Shown here in pieces: positions 55,751 through 64,000 of a DNA stretch of 64,000 nucleotides. Each line of letters begins with the position of its first letter. The first letter of the stretch is position 1. A program made the position numbers and the translations under genes. This DNA is from Mytilus trossulus (lineage: Eukaryota), in NCBI RefSeq assembly GCF_036588685.1, contig NC_086373.1, positions 62,062,001 through 62,126,000 on the forward strand, given 5' to 3'. The notes beneath the pieces were generated by a model. It was not told the DNA's origin. It searched no databases and saw only the letters and a program-made list of their open reading frames with translations.

Positions 55751-58700
55751 CCCGACTGTTTTAAAATAGACATAAAATAATATATTCGCCGACAATCAGT
55801 TCACATGCATTGTTTCATAATTATTATGTAAAATTCCTATTTTAAGTTCTATATTGTATGAGTTACTCTCTGTAAATTAGCATACAGATGACCATGGAAA
55901 TTTCGTTTGTTTTTAAAGGGTATTTGTTTTGCACACACATAAAAAGTCAAAAATATTATTATTGCATTAAATAGCTGCAACTTTAACGGTTTGGACAACC
56001 ACTTGTCCTTCAAACACAACTGATAATGTAAGTAGACTACATGGCATAAAAAAGCGTGTGCGCATTATATATTAATCAACATAACGATACTGTGTGTCTA
56101 GTCACATGCATCCTTCCATTTTGTTAGTTCCCATGCTAAAGTTTAAAGCTTATTTACTTAACGTCCACCTATTCATATGTTTAATAGGGTTAAACAAGCG
56201 TATATTAGAATTAATAAAGTTTTCTTACGTATTTACAATTTTGTGATGTTATCCAAACTGAGTATTCTTCTCTAGAAATGCACTATAATTATGTGTTCTA
56301 TATTTTAGCCAGCAGTCATCATAACTGTTTAACTAAGTGTGTCATTCACCTTGTCAAATAATGTTTTGTAAAAAGTAATAGATAACACTGCCATATCAGT
56401 TCAAGGTAAAATTTTACACTGATACGCGATACTTTATCAAATATAATATTGACCAGAAGAACAGTTGCACTTGAGTTTAATGCGATCGTTTAAAAATGGC
56501 ACAAGATTGTATACAGTAACAAATTTGATAAAATTAATCTTCCGCGTCTTATTCAAAGTTAAAGTTAAAAAATCATTTTACACCTGCACAGCTGTCTGCA
56601 CATCTTATACATCTATGCACATCGCATGCATCAATGAACATCTGCATCAAAAAATATTGTTCAACTTGTTGGCTGGAGTCATGTAACTAACCGTAAATCA
56701 ATCATTAATACTGCAGAATGTTTTATATTTTCAATATAGACGAATATGCTAGTAAGATAAATAATGATTGGCAAACAAACAAACATAGCAAAATTTTGAC
56801 ATACTACTATATTTATATCGAATATATTTTCAAGGACTGACCTCAATTTTTCGTGTTCTTATTTTTTCCCCAAAAAATCTAACGTTTTATCATCCTGTTT
56901 CGTCCCATCATACTACATGTACTAGGAATAAAAAGATTATTTTTTCTCAATTTTGCATTGATATCAAAATGTTTACGAAAAAAAAAGGAATTCGTCTTTT
57001 AGAAATTGACAAATTGTAAAAAGACTTATATATGGGCGAAGTGTCCTGTATCATCCAGTTTCTATTGCTAAACAATGGCAACTTTTTTCTCGCCATCTCG
57101 TATGTAAATGAATAGTCTATGCTCAATGCTTAAGCTGTTACATGTAGTAATGTTTAAGGTTATAACTTTTCCTGGCTTTGTAAAATAGAAAAAAATATAA
57201 TTATATTTTTCGGACTTCGAACATGACTAACGTAGGAATACCAGCCTAGGGGAAATTTTTATTTTCTGTTTCTTTTGTAAAGAAGCTACAGTACCTGGCC
57301 AAAACCTGTAATTTTTTGCTATATATTTATATAAAAACACATTTAAAAAAAAAAAATTGAGGGCATTTATGGTTGGATTTTTATCCACAAGGCCTTAAAA
57401 GACGTAAAATTGTCTAATTAACAAGTACAAATGTATGTTTGTTTATTTGGTAATAGTTATGTCTTCAGGTGTTTTTGTTTCCACTTGATGTGAATACATA
57501 CAATATCTTTTCGTAATTTAATTTTGTTGAATATATAGCGAATTTCTGAACAAAAAATAATTTTTGTGTTCATTTTGTAAAAAAATGAAAATGAAAATGA
57601 TCCACCAAAAATATAACCAAATACAAAATAAACCTGTGACAATTCTGCTTCTAATGGAACCAAGTTGCTTTAAATAAAACCAAAAATGACCCTAAAATAT
57701 TTTTTTGAAAGAATGTAGTTTTATATATAATATATAGCGAAAAATCTCAAGTGACGAATACTTATGAGCCTATCATGATAATATATTAATTATGAATCAG
57801 TGATCAAGACGCAGAAAGGCAGAAAAAAGTACATTTTAAAGTGTGTCTTCTTATGTCGTAATGTTACGCTACTGTTTCAGGTTAGGGGGAGGTTGGCGCC
57901 TGTTAAACCGTTAAACCCGCTGTATTGGTTTGCCCCTGTCTTCAACCAGAACAGGGACAGATCTCTACAATCATTTGTTATGTTTTTTTTATGTGCTTCA
58001 TATGTGTTTCTTTTTTTCCTGTTGAATGGTTAAAAATTACTCAATTGAGGTCCGTTATAGCTTTCTGTTCGGTGTGAGCCAATGCTCCGTATTGAAGAAC
58101 ATACTTTGACATACATGTATAAGTGTTTACTTTTCACACATTGTGACTTGGATGGAGAGTTCTCTCATTGTCAATCATACTAATCTCCTTATTTCTATTT
58201 GTCGGAAAGTAAACTTGACAGGAGTAAAAAACGATGTATCTAAAGGAATCAGACATAATTTAGAACAACTTTCTTTTAAAGATAAATATTGAAGTTTATG
58301 ACATTTTGTTTTTGGTTGTGTGTTAAGCGTTTGTTTTGTGTCTGTTCTCGATATTTTTATATTTTAGTTCTGTCTTTTCTTTTTGTGATTCATTAAGCCC
58401 AAATTATTGAAGAATATTATTTTTAAATGTACCTATTTTCCTTCTGCATGATGTAGTCATATTACCAACTACTCTTGTCAATGGAGTTCCATTTGGAAAA
58501 TTACGCCGTAACCACGTTCGAACGATAGATTGTAAACTGTGTATATGAAGGAGTTAACGGACCTTGCAGGTGCTGTTTCTAAAGCGATTCAATAAGGCTG
58601 TGGAGAATGAGTTACACACAAATATATGCTCACCACACTGCAAACCCAAACAGTTACGCCCCTGTCGGGATTTTTTTCCCCCGCAGATTTAGCACAAGTT

Positions 58701-60840
58701 TTCAGTTGGAATACTAGGTTTCAATTATCTTCAATCTTCGTACTTGATATGAAACCACAGTGTAGCATCACCACCGGATATAGGTACCACAGAAGCGGTG
58801 AAAACAAACACAATTGTAAAGCTTGGTAAGTTTAAATTCTTAAAATATTACAACCGCATTCTACGTTTTGCTGACAAGTAAAGTTTGGTAATACTGATTC
58901 CTGATAAGTAAACGTAGCTACTATGTAAGGCAATATATGATCCTTAATAGACGTTTCAAATCAACAGAATCTGATCCCAGTGTAGGATCCCAGGGGCAGG
59001 GGGTCTTAGGGTTCGCAGAGAAATTCAGGTAAATAAAGCGAATAAACTGTGCGACAAATATCGTCAAATAGTTCTGAAACATGCATCTGTCATTCTAAAC
59101 TATAAGCCTACTAGTAGTATCTTGACGATTATTTTTATCAGTCGATGAGGATCATTTCATTCAATCATTATGTATTCTTTATAATGATACAAATATAATG
59201 CCAGTAATGGACGAATCTAGATAAATGAAAATGAAGATACCCAGATTGAGTTCAAACAACTTTAAAAGACGTGAACACCATTGTTTATTTATTTACTTTG
59301 TGTATCAATTCCCTATTGACCTAAGATCAAAAGTGAAATTTTACAGGTAAATCTAATACTATGTATGGGGAATTATACAGGTGCATATATATGTTGTGAT
59401 AAATATGCATTTTAAACACGGCTACTAATATGTGTTTATGGGGTGAAATGCCTAAATTATAATTAGCAACTGTATTTGGTTTTACTCATTGTTGAAGGTC
59501 ATGCTGTGACATGTAGCTTCTTACATTAACTCCATTTGGATTTTGGTTGATACATGTATGTTCACATTGATATATCTTTTTATATTATGATGTTGCAATT
59601 GTTTCAAGAACAATTGTAGTCTATAATGTATAGAGTTATCTTTCTTTTAGCATATCAGAGGGATTCATTAAGTATTATCATCTCTCGGATGTATAAATAC
59701 ACAGTCACGTCCAATCTGAATGGGGAACCTATAGATACCGATGCAAATTTCAAAGAGAGTATCACGTCTGCACATGGAAGTGCGACGTTCCTTATACGAC
59801 ATGTTACAATACAAAATGTCTGTCCATATTCAACATGCCCTAGCTCATTTTACAGTTACAGTCGAAATTCCTATCCTATATATATGTCCCTCTGAACCGA
59901 CTTTGCACTATCGGCTTTCTATTGGACTTTTCGTTCTGAATAAGTATGAAATATTTGCCACTGAACATAAAGCAAACATTCACAGTTAGAACTATTGTTA
60001 CAACCAATATTTTCAAATGCTCCTGCAAGTTAAAAATAGGGTTACTTTGACAAGGGGAAGATTAAGAATTAGGAAGAAAGTTGTATGGTAGCCGTCTTCT
60101 GTGGACTTGTTTATCCAATCAATATGAAATAGACATACATTTGTGTCATAATTCCTTAGTTCAATAGTCAGTATTACTGAAGTAATTAACAAGCATTCAA
60201 CTTTCGTTCATAGACGAATTTCTAAACTTTTAGGTTCCATATCGATTTCAATTCAGAAGTTTACTAATGTCCTTTTAACTGGGGTTTTACTTTATTTTAC
60301 TTTCCCTTTTTTTTAACTGTAAGTTGAAAAATAGTATATAACAATATAAAAAATACGCAGAAAAGAAAATGTACAGAAATGTTTTTGTACGTCATACATG
60401 AAATACATATTTCAATAACAAACTTGAAAGGTGACAATCTTGTATCGATAATAATCAAGGGAACAATAGAACATCAATATGTTCAAATACCGTTTAATGT
60501 TTTGTGTTATTTAGTCGTAATTTCTTTGTTAACATAAATACGATTGAAAGAAATCGACACTTTAAATCAAAACACAAAATATAGACAAACGTAGTTTTAA
60601 AACAAAGACTGGAAAGGGTACAAAGTGCGAAGGTAAGTTACATTGTTTGACCAGGTCAAAGACTAATTTACAATAAGGGGATGACCAAAACTGAGGGGAA
60701 AAAAGAAAAAAAGACATTGAATACAGTATCAATTCCACTATGTCAAAGATCTAACAGCACTATGACACAACTAAACAATATTGGACTATCGACGCGAACC
60801 ATACCAAGAGAGAAAGACACAGGGTTGAATGTTTGTGCTA

Positions 60841-61745
60841 ATGATAGTCCGACAATTCTTACTTATCTGTCATGATAGTCCGACAGTTCTTACTTATCTG
60901 TCATGATAGTCCCGGACAGTTCTTACTTATCTGTCATGATAGTCCGACAGTTCTTACTTACCTGTCATGATAGTCCGACAGTTCTTATTTATCTATCATG
61001 ATAGTCAGACAGTTCTTACTTATCTGTCATGATAGTCCGACAGTTCTTACTTATCTGTCATGATAGTTCGACAGTTCTTACTTATATGTCATGATAGTCC
61101 GACTGTTCTTACTTATCTATCATGATAGTCCGATAGTTCTTACTTATCTATCATGATAGTCCGACAGTTCTTACTTATCTGTCATGATAGTCCGACAGTT
61201 CTTACTAATCTATCATGATAGTCCGACAGTTCTCACTTATCAGTCATGATAGTCCGACAGTTCTTACTTATCTATCATGATAGTTCGACAGTTCTTACTT
61301 ATCTGTCATGATAGTCCGACAGTTCTTACTAATCCATCATGATAGTCCGACAGTTCTTACTTATCTGTCATGATAGTCCGACAGTTCTTACTTATCTGTC
61401 ATGATAGTCCGACAGTTCTTACTTATCTATTATGATAGTCCGACAGTTCTTACTTATCTGTCATGATAGTCCGACAGTTCTTACTTATCTATCATGATAG
61501 TCCGACAGTTCTTACTTATCTGTCATGATAGTCCGACAGTTCTTACTTATCTATCATGATAGTCCGACAGTTCTTACTTATCTGTCATGATAGTCCGACA
61601 GGTCGTACTTATCTGTCATGATAGTCCGACAGTTCTTACTTATCTGTCATGATAGTCCGACAGTTCTTACTAATCTATCATGATAGTCCGACAGTTCTTA
61701 CTTATCTGTCATGATAGTCCGACAATTCTTACTTATCTGTCATGA
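60841..61745. repeat. 31-bp minisatellite, about 29 copies
   Basis: Unit ATGATAGTCCGACAGTTCTTACTTATCTRTC, contiguous, with no spacers. Confidence 0.97.
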
Positions 61746-62277
61746 TTCAAATCCGATGATTTTATTTTTTGGTTCTATTCAGGCATCAGACAATTATACT
61801 TTACTGTATCGAAACCCCTAGGCATGATACAAATTCATTTACACGACTTTTGTAAACATTTTGAATCAAGTACAGTCTATAATTTGATATTTTTTGTGTG
61901 TGTTCATTTTTTGTTTCGACAAGAAATTCTGAAGGGGGACTTTCCGAACAATTATTTATAAATTTTGTTAACAAACTCATTTTTAGAAATTTTTGTAATC
62001 TTAAAATCCTGTTAGATAACTAGCATCAATGATTCAGTAAGATTTTAATGATTTTAATGCATTGTTTTGAATATTGAGCGATAGACAAGAAACAACATTA
62101 AAAAACAAAGAAAGAACCCATTTCATTGAAGCTATTTATACCAGTTTACATTATTGGTCATTTTGTTTATTTTATTTTCAGATATGCAAGTACGCAAAGT
62201 GTAGGACCGCATCGTTATTCCTACTTTTTTTACTCTTAGCTTAGAATATTTAGTGCTTATTCAAATTCATATTTACA

Positions 62278-63831
62278 ATGGATTTGCGTGGGAAACCTGA
62301 CATTAAGATTTCAGAGCATTGTGAAAAGCATGAATCTAAAGAGATTGTCTCGTGGTGTCCTGTGCATGACGTTGGCGTGTGTGCCGAATGTCAAGGAAAT
62401 GACCATTCTGATTGTGATGGGGTGGAATCAGTCAGTGAAATTGCCAGCATAGCTCAGCTGAACAGTGATTTCAAAACGTTGAAAATTAAGTTTGGAAACA
62501 TAAGAAAAATATATAAAAAGTTGCAAAGAGAAAGAGAAGGTAATATAGAGAGTGTAAAAACTCAAAAAGTACAAATTCGCGATGAAATTAGGAAATTAAG
62601 AGAAAATCTTAATTATCATTTGATAGAACTTGAGAACAAACTTATAAGTCAACTGGATAAAACTTGTGAAAAATACGCTACCAACCTTTCGGGAGAAATA
62701 ACTGATTATAAATATCGAAGTGCTGTTCTTGATTCACATGACGACGAATCCGCGAAAGCTAAGGAATATGGGTCTAATTTACAAATTATTTTAGCTGCTA
62801 AGCAAGGCATGACGATTGCAAAACACGAGGTAGAACATCTTACGAAACTAAATGAAACCATCCGAAACTATTCGGTCGAATTCAAACTCGCTGAAGCGAT
62901 AAAAGATGTTTTGAACATAAAATCTTTAGGTTCAGTTGAAACAATAGAAGCTAACGCCTACGTGAACTTAGAAATGCTTAATATCAATCCGTTCTTACCC
63001 AGTATTAAAACTGTGAAACCAAAAACATCAATTGAAAACAAAGAAGACAACCGATGGCATAGAACACGTTTAAAACGCAGTAAGGAGTTTAATATGAATA
63101 CTTCTCTTGACAAGTTTCTCCCTGAAGTGTCAGGGGCTGCATTTATGCCAGATGAGAGTATAATTTTAGCTGACACGGCTCACAAGAGGCTTTTACATGT
63201 AAAAGACAAGGGTCAAATTTTCCAAGAAGTTTCCTTGCCATTCGAACCGTTTGATGTAGCTGTACTGGGAAATTCGAAACTCTTTATATCAATGTTGAAT
63301 GATCGGCGAGTAGATGTTCGGGATATCAGTACTATGGAACAAATTGATGAACTTATTCTCCCTAGTAACGCTTCCGGTCTAAACGCATTTGAAGACAGTC
63401 TTTTAGTAGTAGTTTGCGAGAAAACTGGTTTATATTTAGTTGGGAGCGATAATAGTATTAACATAATATCGATGAAACACAATGACGAAGGTCCAGTTGA
63501 CATAAATGCAGAAACTATAAGTTATGCTGAAACAAAGAAATGTTTGGTGCATTCGTACACACATAGTGGCAAACGAAAATTTACTTTGAAAATTGATGGT
63601 TTTGGCTATATACATGGAATAGCGTTGCTAAAAGATAGCAGTATTCTTGTTGCGAAACTTAGTCCCGGGAGGCATAGTATCACACATATTTCACAAGACG
63701 GGAAGGATAAAATGCTGAGATTAGAACTGAACGAAATAGCTTCACCTAGATCACTGGCGGTGCACCGAAAGAAAAGAAAACTGCTATTGGTGCATGGAGT
63801 TAGAAAGATCTCAATTTTTCAAGAATTATAA
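62278..63831 (+). CDS. RING-less TRIM-like protein: B-box, coiled coil, NHL-like beta-propeller
   Basis: CEKH..WCPVHDVGVCAEC..DHSDC B-box, coiled coil, and C-terminal repeats such as 'VSGAAFMPDESIILAD', 'PFDVAVL', 'IHGIALLKDSSILVA', 'PRSLAVH'. Acceptor TTTCAG at 62181; single coding exon. Confidence 0.85.
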   Translation: MDLRGKPDIKISEHCEKHESKEIVSWCPVHDVGVCAECQGNDHSDCDGVESVSEIASIAQLNSDFKTLKIKFGNIRKIYKKLQREREGNIESVKTQKVQIRDEIRKLRENLNYHLIELENKLISQLDKTCEKYATNLSGEITDYKYRSAVLDSHDDESAKAKEYGSNLQIILAAKQGMTIAKHEVEHLTKLNETIRNYSVEFKLAEAIKDVLNIKSLGSVETIEANAYVNLEMLNINPFLPSIKTVKPKTSIENKEDNRWHRTRLKRSKEFNMNTSLDKFLPEVSGAAFMPDESIILADTAHKRLLHVKDKGQIFQEVSLPFEPFDVAVLGNSKLFISMLNDRRVDVRDISTMEQIDELILPSNASGLNAFEDSLLVVVCEKTGLYLVGSDNSINIISMKHNDEGPVDINAETISYAETKKCLVHSYTHSGKRKFTLKIDGFGYIHGIALLKDSSILVAKLSPGRHSITHISQDGKDKMLRLELNEIASPRSLAVHRKKRKLLLVHGVRKISIFQEL

Positions 63832-64000
63832 ATAGCATAGGTTGCATCATGTAAAACTAAAAGATTTAGTTGGTCACTAATGTAACTTAGATGTTGATTA
63901 GCGATTTAATGGTCTTTACCGGGAAATCAGCCGTAAGGTTAAAACAAAGGAGTAGGTTCAGTAAGATCCCTTTTTGGCCCAAAAATATAGCAGTTTTACA

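Noticed and set aside
60841-61745. CRISPR array (31-bp repeats)
   Set aside because: Repeats are contiguous with no unique spacers, there are no cas genes, and the context is eukaryotic.

Overview
AT-rich, intron-rich eukaryotic genomic DNA. The repeat families suggest a bivalve mollusc, probably Mytilus (inference). Genes: the last 10 coding exons of a PRMT6-like arginine methyltransferase (+, 311-18149); an orphan basic 307-aa protein (+); two RING-less TRIM-like B-box/coiled-coil genes (+), one apparently frameshifted and one with an NHL-like C-terminus; and between them a tandem pair of two-coding-exon, membrane-anchored copper amine oxidases (-). The rest is mobile and repetitive DNA: Helentron-like HINEs with ~500-bp internal arrays, Tc1/mariner, piggyBac and hAT MITEs, SINEs, a decayed Penelope-like RT, and 15/36-bp and 31-bp minisatellites. 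The highlight is a ~345-bp head-to-tail array (28866-30757) in which every monomer carries a minimal type-I hammerhead ribozyme on the minus strand, i.e. a retrozyme-like locus that could yield circular RNA. Five of six copies have a CUGGUGA core variant and one has the canonical CUGAUGA. Each full monomer also carries a second GC-rich structured domain. Two solo copies sit sense-oriented inside host introns with broken helices.
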